Below, one piece after another: positions 53,582 to 62,021 of a stretch of DNA of 64,000 bases. This DNA comes from a bacterium (GTDB taxonomy: Bacteria; Patescibacteriota; Patescibacteriia; Patescibacteriales; JAKAJF01). The notes under the pieces are model-generated. The model was not told where the DNA came from. It was given only the letters and a program-made list of their open reading frames with translations, and did no database searches. Each line of letters begins with the position of its first letter. The first letter of the stretch is position 1. The position numbers were made by a program, and so were the translations under genes. The DNA lies in contig JAJYLD010000005.1 of assembly GCA_021788015.1 (NCBI GenBank), positions 349-64,348 on the forward strand, given 5' to 3'.

Positions 53582-53762
53582 CGGAGTATAGTATAAGTGG
53601 CAGTACGCGCCCGCTTGCTCCGTTACTCAATTACCGGGGTGTAGTATAACGGTAGTACGCGAGCATGGGGTGCTTGTAGCCGGGGTTCAATTCCCCGCAC
53701 CCCGAAAGATGAGTAACGGGGTGAAGGCGGGGGTAGTTCCGGTTCGATTCCGGATACTCCGA
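53582..53762 (+). ncRNA. tRNA-shaped outer gene whose anticodon arm is replaced by a long helix carrying an embedded tRNA-Pro
   Basis: Acceptor CGGAGTA/TACTCCG plus A73. D arm GTAT-AAGTGGCA-GTAC. T arm TCCGG-TTCGATT-CCGGA. Helix CCGTTACTCA (53620-29)/TGAGTAACGG (53710-19) is extendable to about 15 bp and stacks on CCCGC/GCGGG. No 7-nt anticodon loop. Confidence 0.5.
53635..53705 (+). tRNA. tRNA-Pro (anticodon GGG), CCA not encoded
   Basis: Manual cloverleaf: CGGGGTG TA GTAT AACGGTA GTAC G CGAGC AT-GGG-GT GCTTG TAGC CGGGG TTCAATT CCCCG CACCCCG A. C1:G72, A73 and G37 fit Pro identity. Confidence 0.85.
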
Positions 53763-54129
53763 CAATTAGTATATGGTATTTTTATGTTTTAGAAAGTTTA
53801 AAAGGTAAAAATTTTTATAAAGGCTATTCTGATAATTTAAAAAGACATTTTTTCGATGTCCTTGAAAGAAAGGATAAAATGCTCTTCCCGGCGCGTACAT
53901 GCGTTATCTGGTCGCGAAAATGGATATAAAAACTTTCCTCGCCTTAAATGACAACCCCAGTTTAATTTTAGATAAAAATCTATTGATTGCTTTTCTGAAA
54001 TGGGAAAGTTTAAGAAATGGACTGAATCGCTGGCAAGGGGGGATAAAAATAGACTTCGGATAATTCAGGGGTTTTTATTTCGTTAAAAAGTGCTAAAATA
54101 AAAATAGGTTTTAAAACAAGGAGGGAAAT

Positions 54130-54366
54130 ATGGCTTGCGAAAATACAAATTGTCAGTACACTTCAATTTGTTCTCTAAGTCCGCAATGCCCAAAAGAAAC
54201 AACGGAAGATTTCAGAAAAAAAACGTCGACGGAAGTGGCGAATCAAGCGGGTTTGCCGGCCTATGCGCGTATTTCTTTATCAAGCCTTCTTGAGCGAGGA
54301 GACGTTTTGGAACAGTACATCAGGAAAAACGGCGGACCCGATTGCTATAAGTCGCCATACCATTAG
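54130..54366 (+). CDS. 78-aa Cys-rich protein (hypothetical)
   Basis: AAGGAGGG SD 4 nt before the ATG. Five Cys, four of them in the first 20 residues. Confidence 0.5.
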   Translation: MACENTNCQYTSICSLSPQCPKETTEDFRKKTSTEVANQAGLPAYARISLSSLLERGDVLEQYIRKNGGPDCYKSPYH

Positions 54367-54440
54367 AGCCGATAAAAGGCTCTTTTATTTTGGAATAAAA
54401 AAGAGACGCATTTTTTAGCGTCTCTTTTCGGATATTCGAT

Positions 54441-55277
54441 TTATTGCAGGAAATAACAGCTTACGAGCAAAGTTCCGTTCGGATTTCTTTCGACGCCCAC
54501 TCCGGCTTCGGCGAAAGAGGAAGAAAGAATAGCTTCTCTATGCGGAGCGCTGTTCATCCAGGCGGTGACAACGCCGTCCGCGGAAGTGAAGCCCGTAGCT
54601 ATGTTCTCGCCGATGCGCGAATAGGTAATTCCCAACTCGGTGGCGAAGTCATAGAAATTTTTTCCGGGACGATTGTGCGCGAAATAATGCAAAGCGAGCA
54701 TATCCAAGTCATGGTTTTCCCCGGCCTTTGCCAAAAGCGGATTGTATTTTAAGTCGGGCAAACCATTGGCTTCCCTTTGTTTATTCATTAAATTAAAAAT
54801 TTCCATTCCGATTGTTTGCGTATCGGTCCCGAGTTGAACAGTCGCCGTTGTCGTCGCGCCGGTCGTCGTGGTATCGGTCGGCGTCGATGTCGGTACGGGA
54901 GTCGACGCGGATGTTTGAGCTGACGGAGAAGCGGGAACCGGCGTTTGGATCAAGGGATTTAACGGGCCGGTCGGAGCGGGAGGAATTGTCGAGGTCGGCG
55001 TCTCCCGCGGGGTCGAAGTCGGAAACAAAAGATTTTTGTGAATTATTTTCGGAAACGAGAACGCGAGATCGCGATTTATGTATGTTTCTATTTTTTCCAT
55101 TATCCGCAGGGCGTCATTTGCGACCACCCCCGAATTTAAAAACGGTTTTGCCGAATTGTTTGTTTGCGCGCTATTGCCAAAAAACGAATTTGTTCCGCAG
55201 GCGAAAGCGGGTTTAAAAAAGAACAGAGAAAAAAGAGCCAAAGTTAAACCAAGAAAAAATTTTTTGTCTTTTCTCAT
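54441..55277 (-). CDS. Secreted CAP/SCP/PR-1 domain protein (YkwD-like) with Pro/Thr-rich linker
   Basis: Signal peptide. C-terminal CAP motifs: N..R...GL..L......L...A..H...M.......H and GENIA...W..S..HR..IL. Confidence 0.8.
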   Translation of the reverse strand: MRKDKKFFLGLTLALFSLFFFKPAFACGTNSFFGNSAQTNNSAKPFLNSGVVANDALRIMEKIETYINRDLAFSFPKIIHKNLLFPTSTPRETPTSTIPPAPTGPLNPLIQTPVPASPSAQTSASTPVPTSTPTDTTTTGATTTATVQLGTDTQTIGMEIFNLMNKQREANGLPDLKYNPLLAKAGENHDLDMLALHYFAHNRPGKNFYDFATELGITYSRIGENIATGFTSADGVVTAWMNSAPHREAILSSSFAEAGVGVERNPNGTLLVSCYFLQ

Positions 55278-55560
55278 AACTTTTCGATTTTAATTGTTAA
55301 ATTTTCCTCCGGTGCGGTTATTATATACAAACAAAAAAAAGCTGTCCATAAAAAATCGAATTTTTTCCAAGGTAAAAGGAAATAATTTCTTATTAATCTT
55401 TTTATTTTTAAAAAACCTTCTTGATTTATGAGTTTAAAAAATTTTTTAATCGAAAATTAGGCTTAACGCTTGGGGAAAAGTGATTTTTTGCGCCATTTTT
55501 ACGCATGGCGATTAAAAAATTCGCGAAGCGGACTAGTGTTTGTTGTGCTATAATTAAGCA

Positions 55561-56115
55561 ATGCGAAAGATAAAAATAAAAGATCGGGAAATTGAATATA
55601 AAATAAGGCGCAGTCGGCGAGCGAAAAATTTGAGAATCGCGGTTTACTCGGACGCAAGAGTGGTTGTAAGTTTGCCTTGGCGGATGAGCGAAAGTTTTGC
55701 GGAAAAATTTATTCGAGAAAAATCGTCTTGGATTTTGGATAAAATTTTCCATTTTAAAAAATTTGGCAAAACTTCTCTTTTGCGCACCGGCAGCCGTGAT
55801 GATTTTTTAAAAAATAAAAAAGCGGCCTCGGAGCTCGCTGAAGAAAGAGTCAAATTTTATAATCGCGTTTATGGTTTCAAATACGAAAAAATCGCGGTAA
55901 AAAATCAGACGACAAGATGGGGAAGCTGCTCAAAAAAGGGAAATTTGAATTTTAATTACAGGATTTTATTTTTGCCGAAGCCGCTCGCCGATTACCTTGT
56001 CGTTCATGAACTCTGCCATCTTAAGGAATTTAACCATTCGAAAAGATTCTGGGATTTGGTCGGGAAAACGATTCCGGAGTATAATAAGATCAGGAAAGAA
56101 TTAAAAGTTTTGTAA
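55561..56115 (+). CDS. YgjP/DUF45 (M48-like, SprT-like) metal-dependent hydrolase
   Basis: RWGSCS and HELCHLKEFNHSKRFW. Confidence 0.8.
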   Translation: MRKIKIKDREIEYKIRRSRRAKNLRIAVYSDARVVVSLPWRMSESFAEKFIREKSSWILDKIFHFKKFGKTSLLRTGSRDDFLKNKKAASELAEERVKFYNRVYGFKYEKIAVKNQTTRWGSCSKKGNLNFNYRILFLPKPLADYLVVHELCHLKEFNHSKRFWDLVGKTIPEYNKIRKELKVL

Positions 56116-56121
56116 GATTAT

Positions 56122-56679
56122 ATGGAAAAACGAGCATATATAATTCACGGCTGGGGCGGAAATCCGGAAAGCAATTGGTTTCCTTGGTTAAAAAAAGAAT
56201 TGGAAGCCAAGAACATTAAAACTGCCATTTTAGCTATGCCCGATTCCGATTTGCCAAAAATGAACGCATGGCTGTCGCGCATGCAAAAAGAAATTTTTAA
56301 TCCGGATGAAAATGTTTATCTCGTCGGGCACAGTCTCGGAGGCATCGCGATTTTGCGCTATCTTGAAGCCTTGCCCGAGGGTAAACAAATCGGCGGAGCA
56401 GTTTTGGCGGCGGGATTTTCCGAATCGATAGGGACAAAAGAAATTGACAATTTTTTCGACAAGCCGGTTGATTATGGAAAAATTAAAAAATCGGCGAAGA
56501 AAATTACGGCCATAAATTCTGATAACGATCCTTTTGTTCCGATCAAGCAAGGAGAAATTTTAAGAGACAGGCTTAATGCGAAACTGGTAATTTTAAAAAA
56601 CGCTTATCATATGAACTGGCGGAATAACTTTTTTAAAATGCCGGAAGTGCTGGATGAATTATTGGAGTTGATGAAATAA
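56122..56679 (+). CDS. YdeN/RBBP9-like serine hydrolase
   Basis: IIHGWGGNPESNWFPWL, GHSLGG, D...H (AYHMN). Confidence 0.75.
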   Translation: MEKRAYIIHGWGGNPESNWFPWLKKELEAKNIKTAILAMPDSDLPKMNAWLSRMQKEIFNPDENVYLVGHSLGGIAILRYLEALPEGKQIGGAVLAAGFSESIGTKEIDNFFDKPVDYGKIKKSAKKITAINSDNDPFVPIKQGEILRDRLNAKLVILKNAYHMNWRNNFFKMPEVLDELLELMK

Positions 56680-56728
56680 TTTGCTAATTTTTTCTGGATT
56701 TCCGCTTTCGCGGGGATGACATTTATTC

Positions 56729-57004
56729 ATGAAAAAACATCTTGAAATAAATTTTTACGGAAAGCTGAAGGGATTGGGAATTATGCAGTTCGCTTTTGAT
56801 AATGCGAGAAAATTAAATCTGTCCGGCTACGTGAAAAGGTTGCCGACGGGAACGATTCATGTTGAAATTGAAGGTGAAGAAGAAAATCTAAATGCGTTTT
56901 TAAAACTATGCCGAGAGCGCGAAGAGTGGAGAAATGAAAATGATTTTTTCTGGAGCGATAAGGTGGTCGGGATGGACAGATTTTTTATAAGGAAGTTTGG
57001 ATAG
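56729..57004 (+). CDS. Acylphosphatase-like protein
   Basis: Y G K L K G L G I...YVKRLPTGTIHVEIEGEEENLNAFL fits the acylphosphatase fold pattern. Confidence 0.6.
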   Translation: MKKHLEINFYGKLKGLGIMQFAFDNARKLNLSGYVKRLPTGTIHVEIEGEEENLNAFLKLCREREEWRNENDFFWSDKVVGMDRFFIRKFG

Positions 57005-57184
57005 AGATGCTCCGCAGGGCCCTGCGCGGGCGGCACCCTCTTTTTCTAAGAAAAAGAGGGATAAAAAGTCGCTCCCACTGAAAAATTGCTAAATTTTTCC
57101 GGCATGCCTAACAAAATTTCAAACTCACCCGCCCCCGGTGTACCGGGAGCGGGTTCAAACAGTGAAATTTTGTAACGGCATCTC
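57004..57184. ncRNA. Candidate structured RNA (multi-hairpin, GC-rich in an AT-rich spacer); class unknown
   Basis: Closing stem GAGATGC (57004-10)/GCATCTC (57178-84). Hairpins: CGCAGGGCCCTGCG; CCCTCTTTTTctaaGAAAAAGAGGG; GAAAAATTgctaAATTTTTC; ACAAAATTTCA...ACCCGCcCCCGGtgtaCCGGGaGCGGGT...TGAAATTTTGT. Confidence 0.4.
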
Positions 57185-57334
57185 GAAAAAATTTTTAACG
57201 CAATTTTCCAAAGGTCGCAGATTAATTATTTTTTAATCGGATTTAGGTGAATTTTTTAAAAAAGAATTGTGTCGTGGTTACTCTTTTTATTCTGCTATTC
57301 ATGTTACGCGTTGAGCGATATGCGTTATGTGTAT

Positions 57335-57363
57335 TTGAATTAATTCTCTATTTGTGCTATACT
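57335..57363 (+). promoter_or_regulatory. Promoter-like TTGAAT-17-TATACT
   Basis: -35 at 57335-40, -10 at 57358-63. ATG 57384 follows after about 20 nt with no SD. Confidence 0.5.
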
Positions 57364-57383
57364 TTTTGACTAGCGTAAATCAT

Positions 57384-57596
57384 ATGCCGCGAAGAAAGAA
57401 AAATATTCCACTTCCGAAAAAAGAAATTATCCATTCCTTCGATCCTTTGGATGAAATCGAAAGCGGCGAGCCGGAACTTCCGGAAAGGATGCATGAACTT
57501 GCGGAAAAACCTTCTTCTTGGCCGAAAAAAATTAGGGGGAGACCCAAGGAATCGTATCATCCCATGCGCGGCGGCAAAAGAAAACTTCATAGATGA
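57384..57596 (+). CDS. 70-aa basic protein (hypothetical)
   Basis: MPRRKKNIPLPKK... The stop lies in the ATGA at 57593-96. Confidence 0.45.
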   Translation: MPRRKKNIPLPKKEIIHSFDPLDEIESGEPELPERMHELAEKPSSWPKKIRGRPKESYHPMRGGKRKLHR

Positions 57597-57621
57597 CCCC
57601 ATGCCTCTTAACGGGGTATGA
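57593..57621 (+). repeat. Mini hairpin between duplicated ATGA (stop of 57384 gene / start of exonuclease gene)
   Basis: ATGA CCCC atgcctcttaac GGGG T ATGA. The 3' part cttaacggggtATGAA resembles the family A 3' arm cttctaacgggATGAA. Confidence 0.5.
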
Positions 57622-58127
57622 AAAAATTCAAACCATTTTCAAAGAACATAATTTTTTTTGATACGGAATTTTCCCTTCTTGATCCTTGCGACGGAGAAAT
57701 GCTGTCGATCGGCATGATAAAGCTAAAGGGAGACGAGCTCTACCTTGAACTCGAATATAAAGGAGCGGTAAGCGAATTCGCGAAGAAAAATGTTTTACCA
57801 AATTTAAACGGGAACAAAATAACGCACGATGAAGCGCGTTTTGAAATTCTAAAATTCGTGGGGAAACGGGAACCGCGGCTAATTTCTTATATTACCACCT
57901 TCGATCTCGCTTTGATGCGCAGATTGTTCAGCCGTGACGCTTGGCCGTTTTATTGGATTCCGGTTGATTTCAGTTCGGTGATGTTCGGCATGGGAATAAA
58001 TCCGGATGATTTCGACAGTCGCGAATTTTTGGACAGTTTGGGAATCAATTTGAGCGATTACCGGCGCCATCACGCCATGGACGACGCGAAACTTCTCCGA
58101 GACGTTTATTTAAAATTAAGCGAGTGA
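57618..58127 (+). CDS. DEDDh 3'-5' exonuclease (DnaQ-like)
   Basis: IFFDTEFS (Exo I) and HHAMDDAKLL (Exo III, H-x4-D). Confidence 0.7.
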   Translation: MKKFKPFSKNIIFFDTEFSLLDPCDGEMLSIGMIKLKGDELYLELEYKGAVSEFAKKNVLPNLNGNKITHDEARFEILKFVGKREPRLISYITTFDLALMRRLFSRDAWPFYWIPVDFSSVMFGMGINPDDFDSREFLDSLGINLSDYRRHHAMDDAKLLRDVYLKLSE

Positions 58128-58128
58128 T

Positions 58129-58401
58129 ATGATAATGCATCTTGATGTAAAAATTTACGGCAAAGTGCAGGGCGTGGGTTTCAGGTACGCCGCTTGGCAA
58201 AAAGCGGAAGAACTCGGAATTAACGGTGTTGCCAGAAATACTGATGACGGCGCGGTTTATATCGAAGCGGAAGGAGAAAAAAGCGATTTAAAAAAATTTT
58301 TGGATTGGTGCTATCACGGTCCGGACACGGCGGAAGTAAAAAAGGTGGGAGCGGACTTTAGTCGCGAACTCGCCAATTATAATGAATTCGGTTTGATTTG
58401 A
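58129..58401 (+). CDS. Acylphosphatase
   Basis: KIYGKVQGVGFRY...GV.G.ARN..DG.V.IEAEGE...L..F is the canonical acylphosphatase signature. Second paralog in the window. Confidence 0.8.
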   Translation: MIMHLDVKIYGKVQGVGFRYAAWQKAEELGINGVARNTDDGAVYIEAEGEKSDLKKFLDWCYHGPDTAEVKKVGADFSRELANYNEFGLI

Positions 58402-58472
58402 CATTTTGCTCGCGAATTGATAATCTTAAAAAAATTCTTCTTTTCAAAATAAAACTCTAAGGAGATCGGAAC

Positions 58473-58976
58473 ATGAGAAAGAACGAAGACGTTTTAGTCG
58501 ATTATTCGAAAATGGAAGTCCTTCCGAATTATAGGTGTCGCAAATGCGGCGCGACCGGCGTTAAACTTTGGCGCAAACCTCTTACTTCCTCTTCTCCGGA
58601 TCAGGATCTTTTTTGCGTAAAATGCGCCACACAAACACAGGGGCTTAATATGGGCAGTATAAAAGTCGACAGGGCAATCGCAAGCGCTTTGGGGCGCTAC
58701 GATATTATCGGCTTTTATGTTCCCGCGATACCGGGTGAGAATGGCGATTTCCAGAGTTGCATTTATGCCACGGAAGCCGGTATCATGTGGTGGCGGAACT
58801 TGTCGACTTTTCCGACGAAAGCCTTTAGCGCCCCCAAAGCCGCCAGACCGATTACGAAGACAACCTTCACGCCTCTTAAGAGAGGATGGTTTCAGTGCAA
58901 TCAAACCAAAAAAAGGATAAAAAGAGCTCAGATTAAAAGCTACGCCAGGCGGCGCGCAAACGGAGAAAATATTTAA
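58473..58976 (+). CDS. Hypothetical protein with N-terminal zinc-ribbon-like CxxC...CxxC
   Basis: AAGGAG SD. CRKCG...CVKCA. Confidence 0.5.
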   Translation: MRKNEDVLVDYSKMEVLPNYRCRKCGATGVKLWRKPLTSSSPDQDLFCVKCATQTQGLNMGSIKVDRAIASALGRYDIIGFYVPAIPGENGDFQSCIYATEAGIMWWRNLSTFPTKAFSAPKAARPITKTTFTPLKRGWFQCNQTKKRIKRAQIKSYARRRANGENI

Positions 58977-59073
58977 TAAAGACCATCTGCCAAGAAGGTC
59001 TTTTTATTTATAAAAGTAAAGACGCGCCATAACGCGTCTCCGCAAAATGTAGAGCTTTAAAAATAGCAACAAA

Positions 59074-59574
59074 TTACAACGTTTCTATTTCCGGACTGGT
59101 GTAGAGGCCGATCAATTCCGCTTTTTCGATAATATGTCTTTCCATCGCTTCTTCGAGCGCGTCTCGGTCCGCGTCTTCGGACAGGGTCAAAGTCGAATCG
59201 AGCGCATAGAGTTTGAAAATGTATCTATGCGTTCCGGTCGGAGGGCATGGCCCTTCGTAGCCGTTACTCCCGGAACTGTTTAAGCCTTCCACGGCTCCCG
59301 GCGGAATTTCGTTTTCGTTCAGTTCGGCAATCTCGGGCGTAATGTTCCAGATTGTCCAATGCACCCATGCCCCGCCCTGCGCGTCCGGATCTTCCATGAT
59401 CAAAGCGAGACTTTCCGCGTCGTCGGGCACATTGACAAAAGAAAGGGGCGGATTGACGTCTTCGCCGTCGCAGGAATATTTTGCCGGGATGATTTCGCGA
59501 TTTTTAAATTGTGAGCTGATAATGTCCATATATTTTTGAGCCTCTATTGTAGCAAATTTTTGTTTGTCGGTCAA
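59074..59574 (-). CDS. PEBP (YbhB/YbcL) family protein
   Basis: DPDAQGGAWVHW and GTHRYIFKLYALD. Confidence 0.85.
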   Translation of the reverse strand: MTDKQKFATIEAQKYMDIISSQFKNREIIPAKYSCDGEDVNPPLSFVNVPDDAESLALIMEDPDAQGGAWVHWTIWNITPEIAELNENEIPPGAVEGLNSSGSNGYEGPCPPTGTHRYIFKLYALDSTLTLSEDADRDALEEAMERHIIEKAELIGLYTSPEIETL

Positions 59575-59613
59575 TTGAAAAAAAGGATAAAATATGTTAA
59601 AATGGAATAAAAT

Positions 59614-59835
59614 TTAGTCCCAGGACTTCTTAATGGAACCTCGCCATCGGTTTTTTAAATTTTTTTCCATTATGTTTTTAAGTCCGGTGGGTTCGTTCCG
59701 AAGGTTTGTTTCGATAATTTCCGGATGCGCGGTCTTGACATGATTCATCATTCTTCCGAGAATTTCGTCTTCCGTGCCGCCGCCGGCCCGGAACGCGCAT
59801 TTAACAGGGTTTATGTCATCGCAACATAAATACAT
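59614..59835 (-). CDS. DUF1059 small protein
   Basis: C..I....C.F......E.E.L..M..HV...H pattern. Confidence 0.65.
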   Translation of the reverse strand: MYLCCDDINPVKCAFRAGGGTEDEILGRMMNHVKTAHPEIIETNLRNEPTGLKNIMEKNLKNRWRGSIKKSWD

Positions 59836-59914
59836 ATGTATAAGAAGAAAAAAACAGCTCTAAAAAAACATCGCAAAAAACGGGGTAAAAAAATTACTTC
59901 CGCAAGATATTAAA

Positions 59915-60100
59915 TTATTGTTGACTGATTTTTTTGCGCCATTTGTCTTTCATTTCATTCACATCCGTTCCCTGGACGATATCTTTGTGCGTAGCTTGAA
60001 CGTGTTGCGCCATTTTATTCAACACTTCTTCTTCGTTGTTGCCCGTCGCTTCGTAACCGCAATTGGCTTCCGGGTATATGTCCTTACATTTTAACGTCAT
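59915..60100 (-). CDS. DUF1059 small protein (paralog)
   Basis: MTLKCKDIYPEANCGYEATGNNEEEVLNKMAQHVQATH. Same pattern as 59614-59835. Confidence 0.65.
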   Translation of the reverse strand: MTLKCKDIYPEANCGYEATGNNEEEVLNKMAQHVQATHKDIVQGTDVNEMKDKWRKKISQQ

Positions 60101-60125
60101 AAGTTTAATTTAATTTTAATAATAA

Positions 60126-60221
60126 ATTAATTTACCATTGGGAGCATTCTTCCTTGCGATTCTTTTTTTGTCCCTGAGTTTGTTTCTTCGGTTTATTTTT
60201 GCTTCCTTTTCTTCTTGCCAT
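60126..60221 (-). CDS. 31-aa highly basic peptide (hypothetical)
   Basis: AAAGGAGGTGAGAAAAATG. MARRKGSKNKPKKQNSGTKKESQGRMLPMVN. Confidence 0.3.
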
Positions 60222-60350
60222 TTTTCTCACCTCCTTTCTTTATGGAGGGGTAGTATAGCACATTTCGAGTATTATGTAAATGGTAAACGTAAAAAAAGGA
60301 AAAAATTTCTAATTTCTAAATTTTTGTATTAGACATTTTATTTTCTGTTT

Positions 60351-60773
60351 ATGGCGAATAAACTCGATTTATTAAAACCGAGAGTAAAAAGATTGACCTT
60401 AAAACTGCTTGAAGAATGTAAATCAAACGGAATCGGCATCATTATAACGCAAACCTTAAGGACGACAGAGGAGCAGAATCGGCTATACGCTTCGGGTCGA
60501 ACGCGGCCGGGAAAAATCGTCACCAACGCCCGCGGCGGTTATTCTTTTCATAATTTTGGCGTGGCGTTCGATTTTTGTCCGGTCGTTCGCGGCGAGGCCG
60601 TTTGGAACGACTTGAAACTTTTTGAGAAAGTGGGTAAGATGGGAAAATCTTTGGGACTTGAATGGGGAGGGGATTGGAAGAGTTTCCCCGACCGGCCCCA
60701 TTTTCAATTCACGGCCGGATATTCGCTCGAAGATTTTCGAAAAAATAAAATCGATCAAAATAAATTTATATAG
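60351..60773 (+). CDS. M15-family peptidoglycan peptidase (CwlK/VanY-like, endolysin-like)
   Basis: RT.EEQ..LY..GRT.PG..VTNA..G.S.HNFG.A.D and EWGGDW..F.D.PHFQ. Confidence 0.8.
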   Translation: MANKLDLLKPRVKRLTLKLLEECKSNGIGIIITQTLRTTEEQNRLYASGRTRPGKIVTNARGGYSFHNFGVAFDFCPVVRGEAVWNDLKLFEKVGKMGKSLGLEWGGDWKSFPDRPHFQFTAGYSLEDFRKNKIDQNKFI

Positions 60774-60783
60774 AGGGAGCAAA

Positions 60784-61209
60784 TTGCGAGAGAATGGTTT
60801 TGATCTTTTAAAAGGGTTGAGCTTTAAAGGAGTAAGGGGAATCATGATAATTGGAACAGGCATGTCTAATCAACCGATAAGCATTTTGTGCGAGGATGGA
60901 AGAATGTCGATTCCTCTTGTTGTGCCAGCACCCAGGAGTGTGATCGGACCCGCGCCTCTTGTCCGTGTTCGTCTTAAAGAAATTCCCGAGCTCCTAACAT
61001 TGGATGAACATTTAGAATCGGAAAGGTTCAGACTGCGGATAACAGAGGAACATGAACGCGGATTAAGAGAAAAAATGAGAAAAGTTGTTAATGAAATATT
61101 ATCCTTCCAAAAATTATCCATGAAAGCCGAACGGAGGTCTTTTCGCCCGGAAAAGAGAAAAATAAAACCGATAAAGTGTTTCACCCGAAAGGTCAGCCGT
61201 AGATGCTGA
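60784..61209 (+). CDS. Hypothetical protein (about 141 aa from TTG 60784, or 121 aa from ATG 60844)
   Basis: GAGGGAG SD 4 nt before the TTG. Basic C-terminus. GC-richer by eye. Confidence 0.4.
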   Translation: MRENGFDLLKGLSFKGVRGIMIIGTGMSNQPISILCEDGRMSIPLVVPAPRSVIGPAPLVRVRLKEIPELLTLDEHLESERFRLRITEEHERGLREKMRKVVNEILSFQKLSMKAERRSFRPEKRKIKPIKCFTRKVSRRC

Positions 61210-61235
61210 CCCGTTTTTATGTTAAAATAAAAAAT

Positions 61236-62021
61236 ATGACCAGATTTTTAAAATTCGCTTTGGAAACATCGAAGCAGGCAGGTAACGTTTTATACAAATC
61301 ATTTCGTAAAGGCGATCCGGTCAAGCGCGGAACAAGCAAGGAAGTAAAAAGCGTTTACGACATCATCTCCGACGAAATCATAAAAAAGGCGATCGAAAAA
61401 AATTTTCCGACCCATTCTTATGTTACGGAAGAAACGGGCTGGGTAAAAAAAGATAAAAAATATTTATGGGTGATAGACCCGATGGACGGAACGAGTAATT
61501 TGGAAAACCATAATCCGTTTTTTTCCGTGAGCATCGCTTTGTGGGTCGACGGCAAACCGGCTTTGGGGGTAATTGAAGCGCCGGCTTTGGGCGAACGCTA
61601 TTACGCCATTTCCGGGAAGGGAGCTTATCGCATCGATCTGCTCCGTCATAAAAAAGTGAAAGCGAAAGTTTCCGAGAATAAAAACATAAGCAAATCGTTT
61701 TTCGTTTTTTGCGAGGGCGGAGAGAAGAAGAAAGAACGAACCAAGAAAATTTTTGACAGCATGTATCCGAAGATGAAAGAGTTTAGAAAGCTGGGTTCGG
61801 CCGCGCTCGAGCTGGCCTGGGTCGGAACGGGACGGGCGGAAGGATATGTTACGACCGGCATAAATTTTTGGGATATCGGCGCCGGGCTGATTTTTGTCAA
61901 AGAAGCGGGCGGAAAAATTTTGAAATTCAACGGCAAGCAGTACGATTTAAGCGAGTTCGAACCGCTCGGTAAATATGATTTGGCGGCGACGAATGGGAAA
62001 ATTAAGATGGGGAAACTATAG
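61236..62021 (+). CDS. suhB: Inositol monophosphatase family protein
   Basis: EETG, WVIDPMDGTSN, WDIGAG. Confidence 0.85.
   Translation: MTRFLKFALETSKQAGNVLYKSFRKGDPVKRGTSKEVKSVYDIISDEIIKKAIEKNFPTHSYVTEETGWVKKDKKYLWVIDPMDGTSNLENHNPFFSVSIALWVDGKPALGVIEAPALGERYYAISGKGAYRIDLLRHKKVKAKVSENKNISKSFFVFCEGGEKKKERTKKIFDSMYPKMKEFRKLGSAALELAWVGTGRAEGYVTTGINFWDIGAGLIFVKEAGGKILKFNGKQYDLSEFEPLGKYDLAATNGKIKMGKL

Noticed and set aside
53610-53731. Archaeal-type bulge-helix-bulge intron at the outer tRNA/insert junction.
   Set aside because: The junction is either a 3x5 internal loop or a 2-nt bulge, depending on register. It is not the 3-4-3 BHB geometry, and no splicing endonuclease is evident in the window.
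57004-57184. Assignment of the structured region to SRP RNA, 6S RNA, RNase P RNA or tmRNA.
   Set aside because: I could not find the diagnostic motifs by eye: the SRP domain IV loops with a GNAR tetraloop, the RNase P P4 sequence, or a tmRNA tag ORF. It is left as unclassified.
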